NCBI GenBank assembly: GCA_044229975.1
Contig: JBGARZ010000009.1
Location: 155,947-219,946 of the forward strand
Origin: Polyangiales bacterium
Lineage (GTDB): Bacteria; Myxococcota_A; Polyangia; Polyangiales; Ga0077539
Reading direction: 5' to 3'
DNA: 64,000 nucleotides
Position 1 is the first letter of the stretch. Each line of letters starts with the position of its first letter. Under the pieces are notes generated by a model that did no database searches, was not told the DNA's origin, and saw only the letters and a program-made list of their open reading frames with translations. Position numbers and translations under genes: made by a program. Of the stretch, positions 37,922 to 47,192 are shown one piece after another.

Positions 37922-40165
37922 TTGATGGAGCGGAGGCGCAACATGCCCAACGCTCAACGTCACCCCATCATCTTCGCCCTAGTCGCCGTCGTCGTTCCTG
38001 CCACCGCATCGGCCGTGTGCTTCACCCCGGTTCGCTCCGACGCTCCGCGCGGGGTCACCCAGTCCGCCAACCTCTCCTCGTCGTGGCGTCTCAACCCGCG
38101 GTGCGAGTACGCCCTCTCCGTCAACGGACCCTTCCGGGCGCCCCCCGCGGAGCTCGTCGGGCCGCGGCCGGTCGCGCTCGCCGCGCTCCTCGATGCCTTC
38201 ACGCCAACTGGCGGCACCCCCGCCGTGCAGGTCGTGGCGCGACTGCGCACCGGCGCTCGTACGCTCGAGACGGTCATCCGCTCCTCGTGTGTCGACACCC
38301 TTGGGACGGCTCTGCGCCCCTTCGAGGTGACCGCCGCCAACGGGACGTCCACCCTCCGCTGGAGCCGCCCCCTCGTCACCACCTGCGGCGCTCAGCGCAC
38401 CAGCTTCCGTCTGGTGCCCCACGGCTCCGCGACGCCGGCGCCGTTCGTCCGTCTCGGCGCAGAGCCGACGATCGACGCCGCGCACCCGACCCTTCGTAGT
38501 CCGTTCGGCACGTACGACCTCTACGGCGCGGCCCTTGACGCCCCGACGACGGGCTACCTCATCGGCACCCTCGTCCTTGATGAAGGTCGCACCGCAGGAC
38601 AGCAGGTGTTTGGCGCCGCCGCCCCCAGCCCCGCCGTGTCCCTGGGTGTCGGCCCCGACGGTCCGGTCGACATCATCGCTGACCACGGTTCGGTGTTCGG
38701 CGCCGAGCTCTGCACCGCGGCGCACGCCCGGCACGTGTCCTACAGCGTCCTCGGCGCCGATGCGCCTCAGGGCGCACCGGTGCGCGCGCCTGGGGATCGA
38801 CTCACGGTGATCCAAGAGCTCGTCGATCACGTGATGCGCGAGCGGCACGGCGAACAGGGTGCTCACCTCGTGCCCGACCTCGCCGACTGGGAGGCCGTCC
38901 GAACGCACGGCATGGTCTGCCTCTCGACGTCATACCAGGCACCGGCGACGGGCCCGTTCACGCTGGCCAATCACTACTGCGCGCGCCTTCGAGACATCGT
39001 TCATCCGGTGACCAGCCTCGTGCCCGCCGGTGAGACCTTGACGGTCTCGCGTCACGTCACGGAGGTGACCCCAACCCGGGTGACCGCGGGGCTGTACACC
39101 TCCGAAACCCTCGCGTTTGCCGCGACGCCCGAGGCCGCGGAAGCCCAGGTCCCGATGGTCCTCCAGCGCCAGGATCAGATCAAGGTGACGGCCTCCGGTC
39201 GCGCCCTCGTGACCATCCGCACCGAGGGCGGGCAGCCTGTCTGCGAAGAGCTCACGGCCAACCAGCCCCTGACCCTGACGCATACGGGGCTCGCCTCGGT
39301 GGTGATCGCGCGGAACGGATGCACGACCTTCGAGCGCAGCGCAGGCTTCGAGCGCAGCGCAGGCTTCGCGCTGCAACGCATCGTCGTGCTCGATCCGGCC
39401 ACCGACTGGCAACCCATCGGACTTGAGCAGACCACCTGGGCGGCGGTCTCGTCCGAGCGCGACGCCGCGCAGTTCGTGCCGGGCGTGCACGCCCCCCACT
39501 TCGCGCTGCGGCTCACCCCGCTCGCCGTCACCACGGAGCCGCCCGGCGCGTCGTCGCAGCGCTTCGTCGGCGATCTCCCGGTCAACCCGCGGTGGGACCG
39601 CGCCGACGCGCCGCTCACGAGCCGCCTCGTCGTGCTGCTCACCCGCGACTCCGCGTGCCCCCGATCCGACACCGCCACCGTCGACCCGGCGCGCGTGTCC
39701 GCGGGGGGAGTCGTGTTCGCGCACCTGGCCGAGTCGACGCGGGACGGCGTCCGCTGCCTCGCTCGCGCGCCGCTTCGCCTGCGTGCGCCGCTCGCCGTGA
39801 CCCCCGGCGGCGGGCGTTTCTCCGTGGGAGTGCTCGGCGACCTGTGGTTCGGCCCCTCGACCGACTTTGACCGCGGGTTCGTGGGCCTCGCCTACGACGT
39901 GTTCTACGCCCGCTTGAGCTTCTCGCCGGGGCCTGTGGAGCTCGGGGTCGAGGCCGCCGTGCAGGGCGTCGTCAACGTCCCCTTCGACGAGCCGCGCGAC
40001 GTCAACGTCGGCGTCTCGGGAGCGCTCCGGGGCACCATCGGGGGGTTCGGCGAGGCGCGCCGCCTGCCCCGCCTGCTGGGCTGCGGCGTCCGCTGGAACA
40101 CCCCTCTCTCCTTCGGCTCCCCACCCGCTGTGGAAGCCTTTTGCCACATCCACCTGTCGTTCTGA
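37922..40165 (+). CDS. Secreted hypothetical protein (747 aa)
   Basis: Signal peptide IIFALVAVVVPATASA. No recognised domain. Contains the 18 bp tandem duplication at 39329-39364. Confidence 0.55.
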   Translation: MMERRRNMPNAQRHPIIFALVAVVVPATASAVCFTPVRSDAPRGVTQSANLSSSWRLNPRCEYALSVNGPFRAPPAELVGPRPVALAALLDAFTPTGGTPAVQVVARLRTGARTLETVIRSSCVDTLGTALRPFEVTAANGTSTLRWSRPLVTTCGAQRTSFRLVPHGSATPAPFVRLGAEPTIDAAHPTLRSPFGTYDLYGAALDAPTTGYLIGTLVLDEGRTAGQQVFGAAAPSPAVSLGVGPDGPVDIIADHGSVFGAELCTAAHARHVSYSVLGADAPQGAPVRAPGDRLTVIQELVDHVMRERHGEQGAHLVPDLADWEAVRTHGMVCLSTSYQAPATGPFTLANHYCARLRDIVHPVTSLVPAGETLTVSRHVTEVTPTRVTAGLYTSETLAFAATPEAAEAQVPMVLQRQDQIKVTASGRALVTIRTEGGQPVCEELTANQPLTLTHTGLASVVIARNGCTTFERSAGFERSAGFALQRIVVLDPATDWQPIGLEQTTWAAVSSERDAAQFVPGVHAPHFALRLTPLAVTTEPPGASSQRFVGDLPVNPRWDRADAPLTSRLVVLLTRDSACPRSDTATVDPARVSAGGVVFAHLAESTRDGVRCLARAPLRLRAPLAVTPGGGRFSVGVLGDLWFGPSTDFDRGFVGLAYDVFYARLSFSPGPVELGVEAAVQGVVNVPFDEPRDVNVGVSGALRGTIGGFGEARRLPRLLGCGVRWNTPLSFGSPPAVEAFCHIHLSF
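39329..39364. repeat. Perfect 18 bp tandem duplication (ttcgagcgcagcgcaggc repeated twice)
   Basis: It encodes ERSAGFERSAGF in the 747 aa secreted protein. Confidence 0.85.
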
Positions 40166-40176
40166 AGAGGTCCATC

Positions 40177-41334
40177 ATGCGTCGATCGAAGCTGTTTCAT
40201 GGGCTCGTGTTCGTGACCGTCGTCGGCTGCGGTGCCGGCCCCCGTCCGGTCGCTGTCTCGGGGCTAGACCTCGCGGGGCGCAACGTTGCGGCCCGCACCG
40301 CCTCGGCGCCTGGCGCGCGGGGAGGCACCGCCACCACGCCTGGGGTCGACCCGGTGGATCAACGGGCGATCGTCGATCGGGAGAGCGCGAGCATTGCGCG
40401 CCGTCTACCAATCTGGGAGACGGTCCGCGGGGCCGAGCTCCTCGAGCGCATCCGCGTGGTGCTGGGCAACACGTGCGAGGTCGCCGCGCTGGAGCGGGGC
40501 GGCGTGGTGGACCCGTACCACTGGCGTATCCAGTGCGCGGCGGACACCTTCTTCGGCCTGGGTGAGTTCTCGCAGGAGCGAGCGCGGAGCGGAGTGAGTT
40601 GCCCGCTCGCGTCCGGCGCCATCGCGCTCTCGCCCTGGGCCTGCGTCGGGCGACTGCTCGCCGAAACGCTGACAACCGGAGATCCCGCGGACCGGCCCAG
40701 TGGCCTCGATCTGCTGTTCGTCGGCAGCGTGGACCTCGTCCCGATCCACCTCCGCGGGTCGGGGGAGGACGTGTACGACGCGTGTGCCGAGGAGCGCGCA
40801 CAGGTGGGGCCCGTTGGCGGCTGGATCCCTGTCTCGGTCGAGGCGGCAGGGGCGGAGACGGACCGGCGTCGGGGCCCGCTCCATCTGCTGATGAACGACC
40901 AATTGTCGTTCTGCCGGGCTCTACACACGCAACGGACCGTCGTCCAGGCGATGGGGTCGGCGGGTCGTCATACGCGGGTCGCTTCGGTGGGCGCCGGCAC
41001 GCGCTGGTACGAGGCGCATCCCCAACGGTGCATCGGCGAGGACTGCCGGGCCGCGCGGCGCATCGATGTCGACCTGCGGTTCACCGTGGACGCCGATCGG
41101 GCGCAGTCGGGGTGCCGGTCGATTGACCCCCGCGACAGCCAGCAGGTGCTCGCCTGCTACGAGCGCAACAGCCAGGCGTACGGCGCGCGCCTGACGCCGC
41201 AAGTGCCGCACACGGGGGCGTTCCCGCTGTTCGTGAGCCGGGGCGCGGCGACATCGGACATCGTCCACGTCCAGCGGCTGGACGCGGCGCTGGGGCCGGA
41301 CTCGCGGGTGGTGGATGAGCTGATCCTGCGGTGA
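40177..41334 (+). CDS. Lipoprotein (hypothetical)
   Basis: The ATG at 40177 follows GAGGT. Lipobox VVGCGAG. Starts 12 bp after the upstream secreted-protein gene. Confidence 0.6.
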   Translation: MRRSKLFHGLVFVTVVGCGAGPRPVAVSGLDLAGRNVAARTASAPGARGGTATTPGVDPVDQRAIVDRESASIARRLPIWETVRGAELLERIRVVLGNTCEVAALERGGVVDPYHWRIQCAADTFFGLGEFSQERARSGVSCPLASGAIALSPWACVGRLLAETLTTGDPADRPSGLDLLFVGSVDLVPIHLRGSGEDVYDACAEERAQVGPVGGWIPVSVEAAGAETDRRRGPLHLLMNDQLSFCRALHTQRTVVQAMGSAGRHTRVASVGAGTRWYEAHPQRCIGEDCRAARRIDVDLRFTVDADRAQSGCRSIDPRDSQQVLACYERNSQAYGARLTPQVPHTGAFPLFVSRGAATSDIVHVQRLDAALGPDSRVVDELILR

Positions 41335-41443
41335 GCGTGGGCCACGACTTCCCTGACTATCATCGTGCATGTCCGTCGTAGTCAATGCAGCGGGGCACTC
41401 TTCACCTAACGGTCGTGCGGTCGCCTGGAGACAAGCCCTCTCC

Positions 41444-44400
41444 TCAAGGAGAGTCGATGGAAACCGCGCGACAAGCGGTGGCGGGAGCCCAGGCGTCAGT
41501 AAGACTCAACGAGGGGAGATCGAGGGGGATGACATCCAGGGAGTCGCGGCAGATACGAAAATTGGTTCGACGAAGGACATCGGTGATGGCAGGAGCCACG
41601 GCGGCGGCGGGCGCTTCAGTCTGCCACAACCGCGCGAGATGATCATTTGCCCCCGTGACCAGAAGCCTCCCGTCGGGCGAAAAGGCCACCGATGTGACTT
41701 GCAGTGCATGGCCTCGGAAGGCGTGGAGTAGGCGCCAGGTACCCACTTCCCAGACCCGCGCCGTAAGATCGTCTGATCCGCTGACCAGTCTTGTTCCGTC
41801 GGGGGAAAAGGCGATCGCCGCGATCCCTCCGTTGTGCCCTCGCAATGCTTGGAGATGGCGTCCGCTCCCTGCTTCCCAGATGCGCACGGTAGAATCTCGA
41901 GAGCCTGTAACCAACCGCGTCCCATCGGGAGAAAATGTTGCTGCTGTTATCGAATCTGTGTGGCCGTGTAGGGAGTAACGCGGACGACCCGTGGCAGCGT
42001 CCCAGACCTCCGCAGTTTGAGCGGCGGATCCGGCAATCACTTGTTTCCCGTCCGGAGAGAATCCAATAGCGTAGACCCATGACTGAAGACCTTGGACGGA
42101 CCGCAGTAGACGCCATGTATCCGTTTCCCATATCTGCGCGTCACGACCGGAGAAGCACACGATCAGCCGCGATCCGTCGGGAGAAAGTGCCATCGCCGTT
42201 ATCGCACTACCATCTCCTTCCAGAACGTGGACCAAGCGACCGGTACCCGTCTCCCAGACTCGTACGGTGGAATCCCAAGACCCCGTCAACACACGCGTTC
42301 CGTCCGACGAAAATGCCATGGAACTAATCCTCCACGTATGTCCCTCAAGAGAGTGAAGGGGACGTCCAGTGGCGGCATCCCAGATTCGCGCAGTGTGGTC
42401 TTCGGAACCAGTGCCGATCCATCTTCCATTGGGCGAGAAAGCCACTGCCGTGACCGATTGGGAGTGTCCCTGAAAAGTGCGGAGCATGTGTTGGGGTCCC
42501 GCTTCCCAGATGCGCCCAGTGCGATCTTCGGAAGCCGTGGCAATTCGCCCCCCATCACGCGAGAATGCCACCGCAGTGATTGGCCCGGTATGCCCATGGA
42601 GGATATCGAGCAAGCGCCCACTGGTGTCCCATATTTTCACCAAACTTTCGTCATCCCCGGTAGCCAGTCGTTCTCCGTCTGGTGAAAAAGCGATGGCACG
42701 GACCGATCCATCATGTCGAAGATCACAAAGTGCGGAGCCATCGACTGCCCAGATGCGCGCGGCGTGAAAGCCGTGCTGAGTAGCTAGCAGGCGACCGTCT
42801 GGCGAAAATACGATCGCATCGGCACCGTTCATTTCCGTCATGAGAACGCGAAGCGAATGCCCGGTACTGACGTCCCAGATTCGCATGCTGTTATCCGTGG
42901 ATGTCGTAGCCAACAACGCTCCGCTGGGGGAGAAGGCTATCGCCTGGATGTGGTCGGTGTGCCCCTCAAGAAGATGGAGTAGGTGCCCGGTGGTCACGTC
43001 CCAGATTCGCGCGTTGGAGTCCGAACAGCCAGTGGCTATTCGTGTGCCATCAGGCGAGAATTTCATGCCACGAACCAAGTCATGATGGGTCAGAGAATTT
43101 ATTGCCTGTCCAGTTTCAGTTTCCCAAATCCGCACGCCATAATCAAATGACGCGGTGGCAAGCCTTGACCCGTCAGGCGAGAATGTCACATCATAAACCA
43201 CTCGATCAAACCCCGTAAGGGACCGAAGTAGACGTCCAGCATTAGCGTCCCAGATCCGAGCGGTAAAGTCATGAGACGCGGTGGCCAGTCTTGTTCCGTC
43301 AGATGAAAAAGCGATCGCAACGATTTTATCACGGTGCCCTTCCAGGGAGTGGAGCAATTGCCCTGTGTGTGCATCCCAGATTCGTGCCGTGTGATCCTCG
43401 GATGCGGTCACCAATCGTGTCCCGTCGGGCGAGAACTCCATCGCCGTGATGCCTGCGGTGTGCCCGCGAAGCACCCGAGCGATGGGGTGATCATCGCGCT
43501 CGATGACGTCCGCGTGAGCGGTGACGCCCCGCAAATCCAGCTTCCTCTCCTGTTGGGCCGCGGCGACCATCATCACCGCGGCTTCCGTCGGCGCGTGGTT
43601 CGCGCTCAGTTCTCGCGCCCGTGCCAACAGCAACTGGTACTTTCCAACCTCTCGTTCGCGCCGCGCTTTTCGCCACTGCACTCCGGCCACCGCTGCGAAC
43701 GTCGCAAGCGACGCCACCACGATGGCGATGGCGCCCACGCCGCGGCGCCACCTCCTCCGCTCCTTCGCCTGGCTACCCGCGACGAACGCCGCCTCGTCGG
43801 TCGTCAGCCTCGGCGTCGTGCGAGACCGCCACGCCACGATCTCTGCCAGCACTGTACCCTGCGACAGCAGATCCTCCCGCCGCCCGCTCCGTACCCACGC
43901 ACGCGTCGCCTCGGACACGCGTGCCCGCTGGGCGTGGCCTTCGACGTCCTCGACCCTCCAGCCCTGTAGCGTCTTCCACTGCGTCAGCAGCGCCTCGTGC
44001 GCCAGTTCGATCGTGGCCGCGCCTCTCGCGTCGACCGCCGACGTCAGCAGTCGCGCCTCGACCAGCGCGTCGATCACCGACTCCGCCACAGCCCTGTCAC
44101 TGACGCGCGCGAGTAGCTCCGCGCGCGGCATCGTCACCCGCGTGCCCTCTGATGACACCAGCGCCAGCATCACCTCCCGCGCCGCCGTCGCCCGCGGACC
44201 GGACTCGGCCCCGACCGTCTTGTCTGCATAGCGTGTCAGCGCGCCGACTACGCCCCCCAACGCCTTATAGGCCTCCGCCGTCAGTACTCGGTTCTCCTTG
44301 CAGTCTTCCCAGAGGAGGTCGGCCGTGAACTGCAACACGGGCAGCGTCGCCGGGCCGGTCTTGGCCTCGGCCACCATCCGCTCGACCAGCCCCTCATCGA

Positions 44401-45967
44401 ACCGCGCCCCGAAGCGCCGTGCCGGGGCCACGAGCGCCGCCGTCAGCGACTCGTCATCGGGCGTGCGAACGTTGACCATCGAGCGCATGTGCAGCGGCGC
44501 GAGTGCTGCCAGGTCGCCCAGCCGACCGAAGAAGTCCTCGCGCACGACGTAGACCACGCGCAGCGATCCCTTCGCGTCCACGGCCAGCGCCGCCAGTGCC
44601 TCGGCAAAACGCGCGCTCGCCTCGGGTGACGCACCCATGGTGAACAGCTCCTCGCCCTGGTCGACCACCACGACGACGCCGCGGTCTCGCGCCTGCGCCC
44701 ACGCGGCCACCGCCCCCGCCAACGCGACGGGTGTCTCCGGCGCACCCCCGTCGTCGAATCCGTCGAGCGCGCGCCGCAGCGCCGCCAGCAGCGCTCCCCA
44801 TGGGTCTTGCGAAGGGCGGCACAAGACCATCGACGTAAGCGGCCCCGCGGTCCGATACGCCTCGCGCACCGCGAGCCCTCGACGCTCCAGCGCCGGGCCG
44901 ACCCCCGCTTCCAGGAGGGAGGTCTTTCCGCTGCCGCTCGGTCCGAGTACGGTCACGAACGCTGTCTCGCGAATGCAGTGGGTCAGTTGATCCACCAGCT
45001 CCTCGCGCCCGAAGAAGAGCTCGGCGTCTGCGCGATGGAAGGCCTGCAGTCCGCGATAGGGCCGGTGCAGGATGGCGCCGCTCTGCGACTCCGCCGCGAC
45101 ATTGCTGACCGTCAGTCGCTCGTGCAGCCTCGGCCACACGGCGGGCTCAGAGTATTCGTCGCCCGAGGGGAGCGACAGATAGGTACCCGCGTCCTTCTTC
45201 CCGCCTTCGAGGAAGAACACCGCCAGCACCACGCTGTCGGTCGTGACGGCCCGCACCCGGACCACCGGGTCCAGCGTGACCAGCAACCGCCCGGCGGCGT
45301 CGACGAGGACCGCTTGCCCGCTCGGAAGGGCCTGACCCGCCTCCGCCAGGTCGAGGCGTCGCGACTGACCGTTGTAGGCAGTGATGCCTTTCAACCAGCG
45401 CGCCGACCGACTCTTCCCGGTTGGCACCACTAGGCGCACGGGCTCGATGAGGGGCATGAGCGCCGTGAGAACACGCTGCATCGCTGGGACGGTGCGCCCG
45501 GTGAGCGCCAGCACCTGCGCAAGTTCGGCCTTGAAGGGGTGAGCGGTCTCGTTGCGGAGCGCTACCAGGGCGTCGAGGTCATCAACCGCGGTGGAGCGCG
45601 AGTCGTGGTAAAGCCGAACCAGCTCGGGGAACGGATGGGCGATGGGGTCATGCCGCCAGGGACGGAGCAGCTCACGCGCCAGCTCGTGCCAACCTCCGCC
45701 TGTGAGGTGGCTCGATGAGAGGGTTTGCAGCAGCGCGCGCACCCTCGCCGGGTCGCCTCCCGGCCCGGCACCGCGCTCGATGCGAACGGAGAGGGCGAGG
45801 GCGGCCAGGAAGCGTTGCACCGTGAAGAAGACATTGAGCGTAGCCAGTAGGTATTCGTGAGGGTTCTCTGCCCCTTCGGCCCGCCAGAGCGCGTCTGCGA
45901 TGGGCGAGGGCCACGTGGACGTGATGATGTCGACGAGGCCAGTGTCGAGACGAGCGGGGTTGGACAT
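41444..45967 (-). CDS. STAND P-loop NTPase with an N-terminal HEPN-like (Rx4H) domain and about 14 C-terminal WD40 repeats
   Basis: The ATG at 45967 lies 7 nt after AAGGAG. PYRGLQAFHRADAELFFGRE...VLGPSGSGKTSLL is the Walker A region. hhhhD(Q)GEE is the Walker B region. A TM segment is present. About 14 repeats of about 42 aa follow, each of the GH...SPDG...ASxDxTARIWD type. The N-terminal 330 aa are paralogous to the N-terminus of the 51232 protein and include LVALRNETAH. Confidence 0.85.
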   Translation of the reverse strand: MSNPARLDTGLVDIITSTWPSPIADALWRAEGAENPHEYLLATLNVFFTVQRFLAALALSVRIERGAGPGGDPARVRALLQTLSSSHLTGGGWHELARELLRPWRHDPIAHPFPELVRLYHDSRSTAVDDLDALVALRNETAHPFKAELAQVLALTGRTVPAMQRVLTALMPLIEPVRLVVPTGKSRSARWLKGITAYNGQSRRLDLAEAGQALPSGQAVLVDAAGRLLVTLDPVVRVRAVTTDSVVLAVFFLEGGKKDAGTYLSLPSGDEYSEPAVWPRLHERLTVSNVAAESQSGAILHRPYRGLQAFHRADAELFFGREELVDQLTHCIRETAFVTVLGPSGSGKTSLLEAGVGPALERRGLAVREAYRTAGPLTSMVLCRPSQDPWGALLAALRRALDGFDDGGAPETPVALAGAVAAWAQARDRGVVVVVDQGEELFTMGASPEASARFAEALAALAVDAKGSLRVVYVVREDFFGRLGDLAALAPLHMRSMVNVRTPDDESLTAALVAPARRFGARFDEGLVERMVAEAKTGPATLPVLQFTADLLWEDCKENRVLTAEAYKALGGVVGALTRYADKTVGAESGPRATAAREVMLALVSSEGTRVTMPRAELLARVSDRAVAESVIDALVEARLLTSAVDARGAATIELAHEALLTQWKTLQGWRVEDVEGHAQRARVSEATRAWVRSGRREDLLSQGTVLAEIVAWRSRTTPRLTTDEAAFVAGSQAKERRRWRRGVGAIAIVVASLATFAAVAGVQWRKARREREVGKYQLLLARARELSANHAPTEAAVMMVAAAQQERKLDLRGVTAHADVIERDDHPIARVLRGHTAGITAMEFSPDGTRLVTASEDHTARIWDAHTGQLLHSLEGHRDKIVAIAFSSDGTRLATASHDFTARIWDANAGRLLRSLTGFDRVVYDVTFSPDGSRLATASFDYGVRIWETETGQAINSLTHHDLVRGMKFSPDGTRIATGCSDSNARIWDVTTGHLLHLLEGHTDHIQAIAFSPSGALLATTSTDNSMRIWDVSTGHSLRVLMTEMNGADAIVFSPDGRLLATQHGFHAARIWAVDGSALCDLRHDGSVRAIAFSPDGERLATGDDESLVKIWDTSGRLLDILHGHTGPITAVAFSRDGGRIATASEDRTGRIWEAGPQHMLRTFQGHSQSVTAVAFSPNGRWIGTGSEDHTARIWDAATGRPLHSLEGHTWRISSMAFSSDGTRVLTGSWDSTVRVWETGTGRLVHVLEGDGSAITAMALSPDGSRLIVCFSGRDAQIWETDTWRLLRSVQGLQSWVYAIGFSPDGKQVIAGSAAQTAEVWDAATGRPRYSLHGHTDSITAATFSPDGTRLVTGSRDSTVRIWEAGSGRHLQALRGHNGGIAAIAFSPDGTRLVSGSDDLTARVWEVGTWRLLHAFRGHALQVTSVAFSPDGRLLVTGANDHLARLWQTEAPAAAVAPAITDVLRRTNFRICRDSLDVIPLDLPSLSLTDAWAPATACRAVSIDSP

Positions 45968-46123
45968 CTGCACTCCTTGAGAAGCCTGCGTCGCGGAGGG
46001 TAGACGGCTTCGACGACGGATCGCGGTGGATTGCGCCGCATTCACGACCTCGCACCGCAGCTCGTCAGGTTGGCCCCCGAGAGGTGCGTCTACGCATCGA
46101 CCCCCCAATCGGAGGAAAACCCA

Positions 46124-46777
46124 ATGGCCCCGCACCGCTCCAACGTCATCCACCTACACGACCGCCCCGCCGAGAGCGCGGAGCCCACGACCCGCTCCTC
46201 GGCTCCCGCCCCAAGGAAGAACGTGACATGGCTGGGTGTGGGCCCGGTCGCTCTCTCGGCGCCGACCCCTCGCGCGGCCGCGACGCCTCCTCCGGTGCCC
46301 CCGCCCCGGTCGAAAGTCGGGGCGCGTCCCGTGTCGCCTCCGCCCGCGACCACGACAGCCCGTCCTGACCCCAAGGCGGCGCCCCCCCGGGCGGCGCCGC
46401 CGCGCGGCCCGGTGAAGGTTCAGCAGTCACCCACCGGGTCGCTGATCATCACCAGCTCCGACGGGACGGGGCGCATCGTGGTGATCCGACCGCCTCCCAT
46501 CGAGGCGCCGACACTGCGTCGCGAGTCCTCTGTCGAAGCGCCGACGCTGCGCCGCGAGTCCCCCGTCGAGGCGCCGACGCTGCGCCGGGCTCCGTCCAAG
46601 CGCGCGCGCGTCGACCATGGGTTCGGGTCGCCGTTTGCGCCCCTGCCAGACCAGCCCCGTGCGGTCCCGGTCGAGCCGCCCAACCGCGCGATGCTCGCCC
46701 TCCTGGCGGCGATCATCGCCCTCCTGACGACACTCGTCGTGCTCACGATAGTGGTGCTGTTCGGAGGCCTCCGATGA
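46124..46777 (+). CDS. Proline-rich tail-anchored membrane protein carrying 33 bp tandem repeats
   Basis: The ATG at 46124 lies 7 nt after GGAGGA. The protein is Pro/Ala-rich and low-complexity. The C-terminal TM helix reads MLALLAAIIALLTTLVVLTIVVLFGGL. Three repeats of (V/I)EAPTLRRES. Confidence 0.5.
   Translation: MAPHRSNVIHLHDRPAESAEPTTRSSAPAPRKNVTWLGVGPVALSAPTPRAAATPPPVPPPRSKVGARPVSPPPATTTARPDPKAAPPRAAPPRGPVKVQQSPTGSLIITSSDGTGRIVVIRPPPIEAPTLRRESSVEAPTLRRESPVEAPTLRRAPSKRARVDHGFGSPFAPLPDQPRAVPVEPPNRAMLALLAAIIALLTTLVVLTIVVLFGGLR
46497..46595. repeat. Three imperfect 33 bp tandem repeats
   Basis: tcgaggcgccgacactgcgtcgcgagtcctctg, then tcgaagcgccgacgctgcgccgcgagtcccccg, then tcgaggcgccgacgctgcgccgggctccg. 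Confidence 0.75.
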
Positions 46778-46825
46778 CGCCTCGCATGGCCGGGTGGCAA
46801 CGGGCACGGCGCGAAAGGTGATGCC

Positions 46826-47179
46826 GTGGCTTCCCCCGGAATCCCCATCGTCGTGCCCGCCATCCTCGCTCCCGTGGGGCGCGAACCACCGCCCGCGGAG
46901 TTCGTCGGCAGTTGCCGCCTCGGGCTGCTGCCGGACGTCCCCACCATCGCGTTGCTGCGGGTGTACCGACGGCACGTCGAGCTCCTCGTCACGCCGGTCG
47001 CCTCCGTGGACATACGAGCGGTGACCTTGAATGGGCGGCGAGCGACCGATCCAGACGCGCAGAGCGGGACCTGGCGAGTGACTGTCTACCGTCATGGTCG
47101 CGGTCTCGCGCTGTCGCTGAGCGTGGAGATGAACGACGGGGGGCGCTTCCAGGAGCAGATCGAACTCGTCCTCGGTTAG
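46826..47179 (+). CDS. Small hypothetical protein (117 aa)
   Basis: GTG start. Balanced, protein-like composition. It fits exactly between neighbouring genes in the co-directional array. Weak call. Confidence 0.35.
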   Translation: MASPGIPIVVPAILAPVGREPPPAEFVGSCRLGLLPDVPTIALLRVYRRHVELLVTPVASVDIRAVTLNGRRATDPDAQSGTWRVTVYRHGRGLALSLSVEMNDGGRFQEQIELVLG

Positions 47180-47192
47180 CCTCCGGGCACCT

